From assembly GCA_963814585.1 (NCBI GenBank), contig CAWFDF010000008.1:608001-672000 (forward strand): 64,000 bases of DNA, written 5' to 3'. The notes below the pieces were generated by a model that worked only from the letters and a program-made list of their open reading frames with translations, did not search any database and had not been told where the DNA came from. The translations under genes and the position numbers were made by a program. Below are positions 1-10,413 of the stretch, piece after piece. Source of the DNA: an uncultured delta proteobacterium (GTDB lineage: Bacteria; Myxococcota; Myxococcia; Myxococcales; Anaeromyxobacteraceae). Numbering within the stretch: position 1 is the first letter of the stretch; each line of letters begins with the position of its first letter.

Positions 1-128
1 GCCGGGGAATGACGACGCACCGCGTCCGACGATTCCCGTGCCCGGTGACACTGGCATGACACCGCCTCCGTAGCCTCGCTCCCCTCGACGCCCGCATCCA
101 CCCTCCTCGCGGGCCCAGGAGCGAGCAC

Positions 129-1292
129 ATGAGTGCCCCGACGACCGCCCAGGCCACCCCCGCCAGGCTGCCCGACGTGAGCCAGCTGGCGCCGCTGGCG
201 AGGCTCGACCGCGCCGCCGTCGAGGCCATCGTCGCCTCCGGACGCCGCCTCCTGGTCCAGGGGGGCATGGGCATCCACGCCTCCGACGGCCTGGCCGGCA
301 AGGTGGCCGCTCACCGGGGCGCGCGGCTGGTCGGCGTCGGCACCATCTCGGCCGTGGTGAAGACCCCCGATCACCTCCGTCGCGAGATCCGCCGCGCCCG
401 CGCCGAGGCGCCGGGGGGCTTCGTCGGCCTCAACCTGATGGCGGCCATCAACAAGGCGGAGTTCGAGCTCTCGACGCGCATCGCCATCGAGGAGGGGATC
501 TCCTTCATCGTGCAGGGAGCCGGCATCTCGCGCGAGATCATCAAGTGGTGCCGGGCCGGCAACGTGCCGTTCGCCGGCATCGTCTCCTCGGGGCGGCTCG
601 CCGCCATGTACGAGAAGTGGGGCGCCGACTTCGTGGTCGCCGAGGGGGCCGAGGCGGGCGGCCACATCGGCGACATCGGGCATCCCCTGCCCGGGCTGGT
701 GGACGAGGTGGTGGCTGCCACCTCGCTTCCGGTGGTGGCGGCGGGCGGCGTCGACGCCTCCGACGTGGCCCGCTACTTCGCGGCCGGCGCGGCCGGCGTG
801 CAGATGGCGTCGCGCTTCCTCGCCTGCTCCGACGGCGACGCCCACCCCACCTTCAAGCAGATGCACCTCGGCAAGACCGACGCCGAGATCACCCTCATCA
901 CCAGCTGCGTGAAGGGGATGAAGGCCCGGGCGGTGCGCAGCCCCTTCACCGAGGCCCTGGCCCGCGGCGAGCGGTTCCCGCCGCGCAGCAAGGCCTGGTA
1001 CTTCGGTCCCGAGGGCTTCCACGGCCGCAAGAAGGCGTGCGTCGAGTGCCTGGCCGAGGAGCTCTGCCTGTGCCGGGCCTCGGAGTTCCGCGAGAGCTTC
1101 TGCATCACCGACGCGCTGCTGGCGGCCGCCATCAAGGGTGACACCGAGAAGGGGCTGTTCTACACCGGCTCCTCCATCACCCGGATCCCCGAGCAGACCG
1201 TGGCGGAGCTCCCCACCGTCAAGGCCTTGCTGGAGGACCTGGAAGGTCGCCTGGCCGTGGCCGAGCCCTCCCGGCTCGCCGCTGCGGGGTAG
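129..1292 (+). CDS. Nitronate monooxygenase-family flavoprotein (FabK/FabX-like) with C-terminal Cys cluster
   Basis: QGGMG..S..LAG N-terminus, VAEGAEAGGH, VVAAGG and GVQMASRF motifs of the NMO/FabK TIM barrel; CVEC..C.C...FCI and GLFYTG near the C-terminus. Confidence 0.85.
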   Translation: MSAPTTAQATPARLPDVSQLAPLARLDRAAVEAIVASGRRLLVQGGMGIHASDGLAGKVAAHRGARLVGVGTISAVVKTPDHLRREIRRARAEAPGGFVGLNLMAAINKAEFELSTRIAIEEGISFIVQGAGISREIIKWCRAGNVPFAGIVSSGRLAAMYEKWGADFVVAEGAEAGGHIGDIGHPLPGLVDEVVAATSLPVVAAGGVDASDVARYFAAGAAGVQMASRFLACSDGDAHPTFKQMHLGKTDAEITLITSCVKGMKARAVRSPFTEALARGERFPPRSKAWYFGPEGFHGRKKACVECLAEELCLCRASEFRESFCITDALLAAAIKGDTEKGLFYTGSSITRIPEQTVAELPTVKALLEDLEGRLAVAEPSRLAAAG

Positions 1293-1481
1293 CGCCCCAC
1301 CCGCTCCCCCCCGGCCCGTTCCGGGCGCCCTCCCCGCCTCCTTCCCTGCTCCGCGCGACGGGGCGCGGACGCGCCTTTTTCCGCGTGCCTCTGCGAACGC
1401 CGCGCGGTATGACGCCCGCGTCGCCGTCGCTCCGCTCCTGGATCCGGCCGGCCGACGGACCGACCAGCGCACGGAGACGTC

Positions 1482-1985
1482 ATGAAGGTGGGCAAGGGCA
1501 GCGTGGTCTCGCTGGAGTACAGGCTTCACCTCGGCGACGGCGTCGTCGTCGATTCCTCCGAGCCGGGCGATCCGCTGGTCTACCTCCACGGCCAGTCGCA
1601 GATCGTCCCCGGGCTGGAACGGGCCCTCGAGGGGCTCGAGGCCGGCGTCCGCAAGCAGGCCACCGTCGCGCCGGTCGATGGGTACGGCGACGCCGACCCG
1701 ACCGCCCTCCAGCAGGTCCCCCGGAGCGCCTTCCCGGACGGCTTCGAGCCGAAGGTCGGGCTGGAGCTGGTGGCCCAGGGGCCGGAGGGCGAGCCGCTCC
1801 CCTTCACCATCCGCGCCGTGATCGGCGACACCGTGACCGTGGACTTCAACCACCCGCTGGCCGGGCGCACGCTCCACTTCGACGTGACCATCACCGAGGT
1901 CCGGGCCGCGACCGAGGAGGAGCTGGCGCACGGCCACCCGCACGGCCCCGAGGGCCACGGGCACGCGCACGGGCACGGTGGCTAG
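1482..1985 (+). CDS. slyD: FKBP-type peptidyl-prolyl cis-trans isomerase SlyD
   Basis: VVSLEY, YLHG..QIVPGLE..LEG, VDFNHPLAG.TLHF.V, RAATEEELAHGH plus His-rich tail; GGAG RBS. Confidence 0.93.
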   Translation: MKVGKGSVVSLEYRLHLGDGVVVDSSEPGDPLVYLHGQSQIVPGLERALEGLEAGVRKQATVAPVDGYGDADPTALQQVPRSAFPDGFEPKVGLELVAQGPEGEPLPFTIRAVIGDTVTVDFNHPLAGRTLHFDVTITEVRAATEEELAHGHPHGPEGHGHAHGHGG

Positions 1986-2011
1986 CGACTCCGGCCGGCC
2001 GGCGACGCCCT

Positions 2012-2362
2012 CTACGGCCCGGGAGCCCACCGTGCCGTGATGGCCTGCCAGAGCCGGGCGATGAGCTGCTCCGCCTCGCCGGCCTCCTCGTCCGGCCATC
2101 CCGGTGCCGGGGAGACCCCGTGGAGCCGGGCCAGCCCCTGGATGGCGTACTTCAGGATCACGTCCTCGGCGATCGACGCGTCGGCCAGGTGGTCGCCGAT
2201 CTCGCGCTCGGGCTCTCCGGCGGCCAGCACGCAGGCCGCCGTCCAGTCGTCGTCGCCGCTGACCCGCCGGACCGCGAGGAAGCGGCCGCCTGGCGTGCCG
2301 GGTGGATCGAGGTGAAGCACGCGCTCGGCACCACCGTCGATCCAGTTGAGCTTCTCGGACAT
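2012..2362 (-). CDS. Hypothetical protein (116 aa)
   Basis: ATG start with upstream GAAGGG, ordinary protein composition, fills the gap downstream of the methyltransferase. Confidence 0.6.
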   Translation of the reverse strand: MSEKLNWIDGGAERVLHLDPPGTPGGRFLAVRRVSGDDDWTAACVLAAGEPEREIGDHLADASIAEDVILKYAIQGLARLHGVSPAPGWPDEEAGEAEQLIARLWQAITARWAPGP

Positions 2363-2404
2363 GCACCCTTCTACCCCGGCGGCGCGCCGCTGGCCCGGAC
2401 TCCG

Positions 2405-3151
2405 TCACCCCGGTCGGGCCTTCCCGAGCGCCCGCAGCGCCGTCTCCCAGAGCCTCGCCTCGCGAGGTGACGGCGTCCCGCGGCGGAGCACGCCCACCAG
2501 ATCGCGCACGGCGTGCCGCTCGGGCCCGGTCAGGAAGCCGCCCGAGCGAAGCAGGTCCCGGAGCGCGGCCTCCACCGCCTGCAGCTGGGCGTCGGTGGCC
2601 AGGGCCCCGGTTCGCCGCCTGACCGGGGCGTCCTGCCCTGGCGCCTCCCCGGCGCCCTCCGGGGCGGTGCTCTCCCCGCTCACCGCCCGGCGGGTCTCCC
2701 AGGCATAGAGCAGCACCGCCTGGGCCAGGTTGAGCGACGGCTGGGCGATGCTGGTGGGGACCGCCGAGAGCGCGTGGCAGCGATCAATCTCTGCCGCCGT
2801 GAGGCCGCTGCGCTCCTCACCGAAGACGATGGCGGTCCGGCCCGGACGACGGGCCGCCGCCTCCCGCCCCACCACCTCGGGGCGCAGCCGCTGCCGGCCA
2901 CGCACCTTCCGGGCGCTGGTGCCGACCACCCAGGCGCAGTCGGCGATCGCCTCATCGAGCGTCGCGCAGAGCCGCGGCGTGTCGAGGAGCTCCTCGGCGT
3001 GGACTGCCACGCGCCTCGCGGTGGCGAAGTCGTGGGTGCCGAGCGCCACGATGGCCCAGTCGTGCAGCCCGAAGTTGCGCATGGCGCGGGCCACGGCGCC
3101 GATGTTCTCCGGGTTGCGGGGCCGGACCAGCACGATGCGGACGTGGTCCAT
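2405..3151 (-). CDS. TrmJ/TrmH (SPOUT) family RNA methyltransferase
   Basis: RIVLVRP.NPENIGAVARAMRNFG, VGTSAR, IVFGEE.SGLT..EI..C, SLNLAQAV. Confidence 0.9.
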   Translation of the reverse strand: MDHVRIVLVRPRNPENIGAVARAMRNFGLHDWAIVALGTHDFATARRVAVHAEELLDTPRLCATLDEAIADCAWVVGTSARKVRGRQRLRPEVVGREAAARRPGRTAIVFGEERSGLTAAEIDRCHALSAVPTSIAQPSLNLAQAVLLYAWETRRAVSGESTAPEGAGEAPGQDAPVRRRTGALATDAQLQAVEAALRDLLRSGGFLTGPERHAVRDLVGVLRRGTPSPREARLWETALRALGKARPG

Positions 3152-3170
3152 CGGCCGGCGAATCCGTTGG

Positions 3171-3524
3171 TCAGTTCAGGAACTCCCGCCTGGCGCCGCG
3201 ACCGGCACCGGCCCGAGGCGGTATCACGCCCGCCAGGTCGAGCCCTTGCCGCGTCAGCAGGTAGCGGACCTTGCCGCTGCCACGGGCGGTGTCGAGCTCC
3301 GCCTCGAAGGCCGGGCCGGCGATGGCGCCGAGCGAGAAGCTCCTCTTCAGGTTGACGACCCGGCCGGAGATCACGTCTCCGGCCACCGGGCCAAACCCCT
3401 GATCCCGGCGGTAGAGGTCGAGCGCGGCGGAGTGGAGCGTGGCCGCCACCGAGGCATCGAGCGGGAAGGTGCTGAAGAGCACCGAGATGAGCGTCGAGCC
3501 AGGCGGGAGGGCTTCGCGTGCCAT
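3171..3524 (-). CDS. Hypothetical protein (about 117 aa, MAREALPPG...)
   Basis: Globular-looking C-terminal part of the 3171..3812 ORF; start placed at the internal ATG because the upstream part is repetitive and overlaps rsmE. Confidence 0.6.
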   Translation of the reverse strand: MAREALPPGSTLISVLFSTFPLDASVAATLHSAALDLYRRDQGFGPVAGDVISGRVVNLKRSFSLGAIAGPAFEAELDTARGSGKVRYLLTRQGLDLAGVIPPRAGAGRGARREFLN

Positions 3525-3585
3525 GGGGGGAGTGTAGCGCGTCGGGCCCGCCGGCGCTCCTGCCACTCCTTCCGGCACTCCCTCT

Positions 3586-3648
3586 GCCGCCCTCGCCGCC
3601 TTCCCGCTGCCCTCCCACCTCCCCGCCGCCCTCGCCGCCTTCCCGCTG
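3586..3648. repeat. Two identical 24-bp direct repeats (GCCGCCCTCGCCGCCTTCCCGCTG), period 39 bp
   Basis: Copies at 3586-3609 and 3625-3648 in a pyrimidine-skewed divergent intergenic region. Confidence 0.8.
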
Positions 3649-3734
3649 GCTTCCGGCCACTCCTCCCGCCCCGGCCGCCCTCCCGCCGCCGGGCCGGTTG
3701 ACTCGAGCCCGGAGGCGGGTGACCCTCCCGCCGA

Positions 3735-4487
3735 GTGAACCTCCTCCTCCTCGAGCCGGCCGAGCTCGGTCCGGACGGCATGGCACACCTGGGTGGACGG
3801 CGCGCCCTCCACGTGCGGGAGGTGCTGCGATGCCGGCCCGGCGAGACGGTCGCGGTGGGTGTCGTGGGCGGCCGCCTCGGAACGGCCGAGGTCCTGTCCT
3901 GCAACGAGGGCGAGCTGACCTTGCGCGCCAGGCTCGACCGCCCGCCTCCTTCGCCGTCGCCGGCGACCTTGCTGCTGGCGCTCCCGCGCCCCAAGATCCT
4001 CCGCAAGGTGCTGCAGGGGATCGCCGCCATGGGCGTGAGGCGGCTGGTGCTGCTCGGCAGCTGGAAGGTCGAGAAGGCCTACTGGGGCTCCCCTCTCCTC
4101 ACGCCGGGAGGGCTGCGGCAGGAACTGCTGCTCGGCCTCGAGCAGGGGCGCGACACCATCCTTCCCGAGGTCCTCCTGCGCCGGTTCTTCAAGCCGTTCG
4201 TGGAGGACGAGCTCGACACCTTGCTCGGGCCAGCGCGTCTGCTGCTCGACCTCGCCGCCTCCGAGCCGCTCTCGGCGCGCACGCCACCGGCCACGGGCGG
4301 CGTGACGCTGGCCATCGGCCCCGAGGGCGGCTGGACCCCGTACGAGGCGGCCGAGCTCACCCGCCGAGGCTTCGCGCCGGTCAGCCTCGGGCCGCGGCCG
4401 CTGCGGGTCGATCAGGCCGTCCCATTCGCCGTCGGGCAGGCCGAGCTCTGGCTCGGGCGCGGCGCCCGCTGGGGACCGGACCGTTGA
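3735..4487 (+). CDS. rsmE: 16S rRNA m3U1498 methyltransferase RsmE family
   Basis: HVREVLR, LLLALPRPK, GLEQGRDT.LP.V, AIGPEGGW..YE, SLGPRPLRV. Confidence 0.88.
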   Translation: MNLLLLEPAELGPDGMAHLGGRRALHVREVLRCRPGETVAVGVVGGRLGTAEVLSCNEGELTLRARLDRPPPSPSPATLLLALPRPKILRKVLQGIAAMGVRRLVLLGSWKVEKAYWGSPLLTPGGLRQELLLGLEQGRDTILPEVLLRRFFKPFVEDELDTLLGPARLLLDLAASEPLSARTPPATGGVTLAIGPEGGWTPYEAAELTRRGFAPVSLGPRPLRVDQAVPFAVGQAELWLGRGARWGPDR

Positions 4488-4615
4488 CGGAGCCCAGCCG
4501 CCGGGACGTCGCCGTCCTCTTCTCCTCGGTCAAGCCGCCGGAGGGGCGGTCGCCCGAGAGGCAGGAGCTCCGGCCCCCTGCACGGAGGCCGGAATCCGGG
4601 AACCGGGGAAACACC

Positions 4616-5011
4616 CTAGGCCGGCTGGGGTGACTCGGTCGGCGCCAGCAGCCGCTCCACCGCCGCGAGCAGCGTGGCTTCCTTCCACGGCTTGCGCAGC
4701 GTGATGGCCGCGCCAGCCGCCAGCAGCTCGCGCTCGCCCCCCTCGTAGGCGGTGAGCCCGATGACCGGCACCCCCCGCAGGCGATGGTCGGGAGAGGCGT
4801 GCAGCTCCTGGATGAGCTGGGCCCCGCTCATCCCGGGCATGAAGAAGTCGACCACGCACAGGTCGGGGGGATCGTACGCGGCGGCCTCCAGCGCGGCCTC
4901 GCCAGACTCCGCCGCCACCGTCACGTAGCCGTGCTCCTCGAGGGCCTGCGCCACCAGGAGGCGCAGTGGCAGGTTGTCGTCGACGATGAGTATATGGGCG
5001 GCGCGGTTCAC
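4616..5011 (-). CDS. Single-domain response regulator (CheY-like receiver)
   Basis: ILIVDD, PPDLCVVDFFMPGMSG, VIGLTA, LRKP; GTG start inferred. Confidence 0.85.
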   Translation of the reverse strand: MNRAAHILIVDDNLPLRLLVAQALEEHGYVTVAAESGEAALEAAAYDPPDLCVVDFFMPGMSGAQLIQELHASPDHRLRGVPVIGLTAYEGGERELLAAGAAITLRKPWKEATLLAAVERLLAPTESPQPA

Positions 5012-5347
5012 GGGCGGCAGGACGGTACAGGTGAAGTGCCGGGGAAGGTAGTCCCGCGCCCAGGCGACTCGGGGAGCGACCCCGCCGGGATGTGGCGGCT
5101 GACGCCGGTGCCGGCCGCTTCGCGCGGCCGGCCATGCCGCTCGGAGTCCACCGCCCTGGCCACGTCGCCTGGAGCCTGGAGCCCTGGAGCTTCCAGGTCG
5201 CGGCACCGGGAGTCCATGGCCGGGCGTGCCCGCCGCGCCGCCCCCGGCGAGCGCCCTGGACGGGAGCCCCGTCCGGGGCTGCGCTTTTCGTGGCGCTCCC
5301 GCGATCCTGGGGTAACGAGACGCCTACCCCCCAGGTGAGGAGGCACC

Positions 5348-5764
5348 ATGTCCAGCATCAGGAAGCACGTGGCTCGCAAGGTGATCACGCTCGCGGCCGA
5401 CGTCCCGTGCCGCGAGGCGGCCCGGCTCATGGTCGACCTCAAGATCGGCTCGGTCGGGATCCGGGTCGACGGCCAGCTCACCGGGCTGGTCACCGAGCGT
5501 GACCTGGTGGCGGCGGTGGTGGCCAAGGGCGGCGACGGGTCGCTGCCGGTCAGCGCGGCGGCGAGGGCGCTGCCCCGGGTGACGCCGGAGGCCACCGAGG
5601 TCGAGTGCGCCGGGCTGATGCGCGACAACGCCACGCGCCACCTCCTCGTCGAGGAGGGTGGCGAGGTGGTCGGGCTGATCTCCATGCGGGACATCATCCA
5701 GCTCATGCACGACGAGAAGCAGTTCGTCATCGAGCAGCTCAACACCTACATCTCCGGGCGCTGA
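5348..5764 (+). CDS. CBS-domain pair protein
   Basis: IGSV..GLVTERDL and RHLLV..VVGLISMRDI CBS motifs; GAGGAGG RBS. Confidence 0.88.
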   Translation: MSSIRKHVARKVITLAADVPCREAARLMVDLKIGSVGIRVDGQLTGLVTERDLVAAVVAKGGDGSLPVSAAARALPRVTPEATEVECAGLMRDNATRHLLVEEGGEVVGLISMRDIIQLMHDEKQFVIEQLNTYISGR

Positions 5765-5808
5765 GCCGCACCCCGCCCGCGGCCCGGTCCAGCCCGGCGG
5801 CACCGGCA

Positions 5809-6777
5809 TCAGGGTATGAGCAGGAGCGAGCCGGTGGTGGCGCGCGACTGGAGGGCCCGATGGGCCTCGGCCGCCTGCGCCAGCGGCCAGCGGCCGCCCA
5901 CCGCCACCCTGACCTTCCCCTCCGCCAGCTTCGCGAAGACGGCCTCCGCGGCCCGCTCCAGGTCGGCCCTCGACGCAATGTGGTGGAACACCGTCGGACG
6001 GCACAGCGAGAGCGAGCCCTTGCGGGAGAGCAGGCCCGTGTCGACGGGCGGCACCGGGCCAGAGGCGTTCCCGTAGGTGACCAGGAGCCCGAAGGGGGCC
6101 AGGCAATCGAGCGACGCCTCGAAGCTGGCCGCGCCGATCGAGTCGTAGACCACCGGCACGCCGCCACCGCTGAGCGCCTTCACGCGGGCCGGCACGTCCT
6201 CGGTGCCCGAGACCACCACCGCCTCGGCGCCGAGCGCCCTCACCCGCTCCGCCTTGGCCGCCGAGCCGACCACGCCGATCACCCGCGCGCCGATGGCGGC
6301 CAGCCACTGCACCAGCACCTGCCCCACCCCGCCAGCCGCGGCCGTCACCACCACCACCTCGCCGGCCCGGACCGGGTGGACCCGGGTGACCAGCATGTGG
6401 GTGGTGAGCCCCTTCACCAGCGCCGCCGCGCCCAGCTCGCCGTCCACGCCGGCCGGGAGCCTCACCAGCCGATCGGCCGGCAGCAGCCGCGCCTCGGCAT
6501 AGGCCCCCGGCCCGGCCATGTAAGCGACGCGATCGCCCGGCTTCACCAGGGTGACCCCGGCGCCGACCGCCTCGACCACCCCGGCCGCCTCGACGCCCAG
6601 GCCGCTCGGCAGCGGCAGCGGGTAGAGACCGGACCGGTGATAGGTGTCGACGTAGTTGACGCCGATGGCCTCGTGGCGCACCCGCGCCTCGCCCGCCCCG
6701 GGCGCGCCCACCTCCAGCTCCTCGACCCGCATGACCTCCGGGCCGCCCACCTGGTGAATCCGGATCGCCTTTCCCAT
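5809..6777 (-). CDS. qor: NADPH:quinone oxidoreductase (zeta-crystallin/Qor)
   Basis: AIGVNYVDTYHRSGLY, GVEAAG, AAAGGVG, VVYDSIG, YGNASG, TTGSLLL. Confidence 0.92.
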   Translation of the reverse strand: MGKAIRIHQVGGPEVMRVEELEVGAPGAGEARVRHEAIGVNYVDTYHRSGLYPLPLPSGLGVEAAGVVEAVGAGVTLVKPGDRVAYMAGPGAYAEARLLPADRLVRLPAGVDGELGAAALVKGLTTHMLVTRVHPVRAGEVVVVTAAAGGVGQVLVQWLAAIGARVIGVVGSAAKAERVRALGAEAVVVSGTEDVPARVKALSGGGVPVVYDSIGAASFEASLDCLAPFGLLVTYGNASGPVPPVDTGLLSRKGSLSLCRPTVFHHIASRADLERAAEAVFAKLAEGKVRVAVGGRWPLAQAAEAHRALQSRATTGSLLLIP

Positions 6778-6816
6778 GTCCGTCTCCGTCCCGCCGGGCT
6801 CGCCGGCCTGGTGCCG

Positions 6817-9800
6817 TCAAGCCAGCACGACGATCAGGTCCTCCTTCTCGACCTTGTCGCCTTCCTTGAACTTCACCTCGGCCACGATGCAGTCGGCCTT
6901 GGCCTTGATGTTGGTCTCCATCTTCATCGCCTCGGTGACCATCAGCACCGCTCCGGCCTTCAGCTCGTCGCCGGCCTTGACGTTCACCTTGAGCACCTTG
7001 CCCGGCATGGGGGCGCCGACGTGGGTGGCGTTCCCCTTGTCGGCCTTGTCGCCGGACCGCGGCGCCGGTGACCGCCGCCTGGTCGCGGACCGTGACGGTG
7101 CGCCCCTCGCCGTTCAGCTCGAAGAAGAGGTCGCGGGTGCCGTCGGCGTGCAGCTTGCCCACCGTCACCAGCTTCACGATCAGCGTCTTGCCCGGCTCGA
7201 TCTCCAGGCTGGTCTCCTGCCCCGGCTCGAGGCCGTAGAAGAAGACCGGCGTGGGGATGACCGAGGTGTCGGAGAACTCCTCGCGGTGGCGCTCGAACTC
7301 GGGGTAGACGTTCGGGTAGAGCAGCCACGAGGCCAGCGCCTTGTCGTCCACCGCCTGGCCGGTCTTCTCGGACGCCCTCTTCCGCTCGGCCTCGAGGTCG
7401 GCGGGCTCGATCAGCTCGCCGGGGCGGTAGGTGATCGGCTCCGCCCCCTTGAGGATGATCTTCTGCAGCTCCGGCGGGAACCCGCCGTAGGGCTGGCCCA
7501 GCATGCCCTTGACGAGCCCGATCACCGACTCCGGGAAGGCCAGGTCGTTCCCCTTCTCGGTGAAGAGGTCCTCCGGCTGCAGGTTGTTCTTCACCAGGAA
7601 CATGGCCATGTCGCCCACCACCTTGGAGGACGGCGTGACCTTGATGAGATCGCCGAACAGCAGGTTCACCTTGCGGTACATCTCCTTGCACTCGTCCCAC
7701 CGGTCGAGGAGGCCCAGCCCGGCCACCTGCGGCTTGTAGTTGGAGTACTGGCCGCCCGGGATCTCGTGGTGGTAGACCTCGGCGGTGCCGCTCTTCAGCC
7801 CCGACTCGAAGGGCGCGTAGAACTCGCGGACCGTCTCCCAGTAGTTCGCCAGCTGCTGCAGGCCGTCCTGGTCGAGCCAGCGGATCCCACTCGCTCCCGT
7901 CCAGCACCGCCACCAGCGAGTTCAGGTTGGGCTGGGCGGTCAGTCCCGAGAGCGAGGAGAGCGCCGCGTCGACGACGTCGACGCCGGCCCGGGTAGCCTC
8001 CAGGATGGTGGCCGCCGAGAGCCCGAGGTGTCGTGGGTGTGGAGGTGCACCGGGATGCCCACCTTCTGCTTGAGCGCCTTGACCAGCTGGTCGGCCGCGA
8101 AGGGCTTGAGCAGCCCCGCCATGTCCTTGATGGCGAGCATGTGGGCGCCCATCCGCTCCAGCTCCCTGGCCAGCTTCACGTAGTAGTCCAGCGGGTACTT
8201 GTTGCGCGAGGGGTCCGAGATGTCGCCCGTGTAGCAGAGCGCGGCCTCGAGGATCTTGCCCTCCTTGCGCACCGCCTCGCAGGCCACCGTCATCCCCCTG
8301 GTCCAGTTGAGCGAGTCGAAGACGCGGAACACGTCGACGCCGCTCAGCGCCGCCTCGTCGACGAACTTCTCCACCACGTTGTCCGGGTAGTTGGTGTAGC
8401 CGACGGCGTTGGAGCCGCGCAGCAGCATCTGGAAGAGGATGTTGGGGATCTCGGCGCGCAGCGCGTGGAGCCGCGCCCAGGGATCCTCCCTGAGGAAGCG
8501 CATGGCCACGTCGAAGGTGGCGCCGCCCCAGCACTCCAGCGAGAAGAGGCCTGCCCCGAGCCGGGCCGTGGCCGGGGCCACCTTGAGCAGGTCGTGGGTC
8601 CGCACCCGCGTCGCCAGCAGCGACTGGTGTGCGTCGCGCATGGTGGTGTCGGTGAAGAGCAGCCTCTTCTGCTCCAGCACCCACTTCGCCAGGCCCTCGG
8701 GGCCGCGCTGCTCGAGGATCTGCCTGGTGCCGGGCGGCGGCGGCCGGGCCAGGTCGACCGCCGGCGGCCGCGCCTCGCGCAGCTCGGTGGGCCTGAGCGG
8801 CCTGGCGACGCCCGGCGAGCCGTTGACGGTGACTTCGGAGAGGTACTTGAGCAGCTTGGTGGCGCGGTCCTTCTTCTGCGGAACCACCATGAGCTCGGGG
8901 TGGGTCTCGATGAAGGAGGTGTCACAGGTCCCCGCCAGGAAGACCGGGTGGCTCATCACGTTCTCGAGGAACGGGATGTTGGTCTTGACGCCACGGATGC
9001 GGAACTCCGCCAGGCAGCGCCGCATCACGCTGGCGGCGGCGTCGAAGCGCAGCCCCCAGGTCGAGACCTTCACCAGCAGCGAGTCGTAGTGGGGGGTGAT
9101 GACCGCGCCGCCGAAGGCCGAACCGGCGTCGAGCCGCACCCCGGCGCCGCCCGGCGAGCGGTAGGCCTTGAGCACGCCGTAGTCGGGGGCGAAGCCGTTC
9201 TGGGCGTCCTCGGTGGTGATGCGGCACTGGATGGCGAAGCCGCGCATCTGCACGTCGGCCTGGCTGCCGATGGCGATCTCCGGATCCGAGAGCTTCTTCC
9301 CCTGCGCCACCAGGATCTGCGCCTGGACCAGGTTGCGCCCGGTGATCATCTCGGTGACGGTGTGCTCCACCTGGATGCGCGGGTTCACCTCGATGAAGTA
9401 GTGGTGCCCCTCCTGGTCGAGCAGGAACTCCCAGGTGCCGGCGTTCCGGTAGGCGACCGATCGGGCGATCCTGAGGGCGTCGGCGCAGATGGCCTCGCGC
9501 TGCGCGGGCGTGATGGCCAGCGACGGCGCGAACTCGACCACCTTCTGGTGGCGGCGCTGCACCGAGCAGTCGCGCTCGAAGAGGTGGACCAGGTTGCCGT
9601 GCTGGTCGCCCAGCACCTGCACCTCGATGTGCTTGGGCCGCTCGATGTAGCGCTCCAGGAAGACGGCCGCGTTGCCGAAGGCGGCCTTGGCCTCGCTCCT
9701 CGCGCTGGTCAGCCCTTCCAGCAGCTCCTTCTGGTTGGTCGCCACCCGCATGCCGCGTCCGCCGCCGCCGCCGGCCGCCTTGACGATGATCGGGTAGCCG

Positions 9801-10264
9801 TGCTGCCTGGCGAAGACCAGCGCCTCCTCGTCGTGGAGGACCGGCTCCGGCGTGCCTGGCACCACCGGGACGCCGGCGGCGATGGCCGCCTTGCGCCCGG
9901 CCACCTTGTCGCCGAGGCGGCGCTGCATGTCGGCCGTCGGGCCGATGAAGACGATGCCGGCCCGCTCGCAGGCCTCGGCGAAGTCGGCGTTCTCGGAGAG
10001 AAACCCGTACCCGGGGTGGATGGCGTCGATCTCCAGCCGCCTGGCCAGCCCCACGATCTCCTCGATGCCGAGGTAGGCGTCGATGGGAGGCTTGCCCTTG
10101 CCGATCAGGTAGGCCTCGTCGGCCTTGTACCGGTGCAGGGAGAGCCGGTCCTCCTCCGAGTAGATGGCGATGGTCTGGATGCCCAGCTCGGTGCAGGCGC
10201 GGAAGATGCGGATGGCGATCTCGCCGCGATTCGCGGCCATGACCCGGCGAAACGGGACCGTCAT
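6817..10264 (-). CDS. pyc: Pyruvate carboxylase, interrupted by three apparent 1-bp frameshifts (~8020, ~7880, ~7050)
   Basis: Biotin carboxylase (ANRGEIA, HPGYGFLSEN, GGGGRGM, RDCSVQRRHQK), carboxyltransferase (DTTMRDAHQSLLATR, WGGATFD, HLHTHDT) and biotin carrier (EAMKM) occur in order across four reading segments. Confidence 0.93.
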
Positions 10265-10413
10265 GACGACTCCAGGGGTGGGGCCGGGTGCGCCGGCGCC
10301 TTCGTACGTCGTGCCACGGGAACGGGAAGGAGAGCACGCCGGCGCGAGGGAAGTCGAGGCCTTCGCGACGCGCCGCGGCGATTCAGGGGGCCTGCTCCCG
10401 GCGAGACGGGCTC

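Noticed and set aside
7040..8030. Programmed frameshifting or split-subunit pyruvate carboxylase
   Set aside because: No slippery heptamers, breaks fall inside domains, and similar indels are scattered over unrelated genes.
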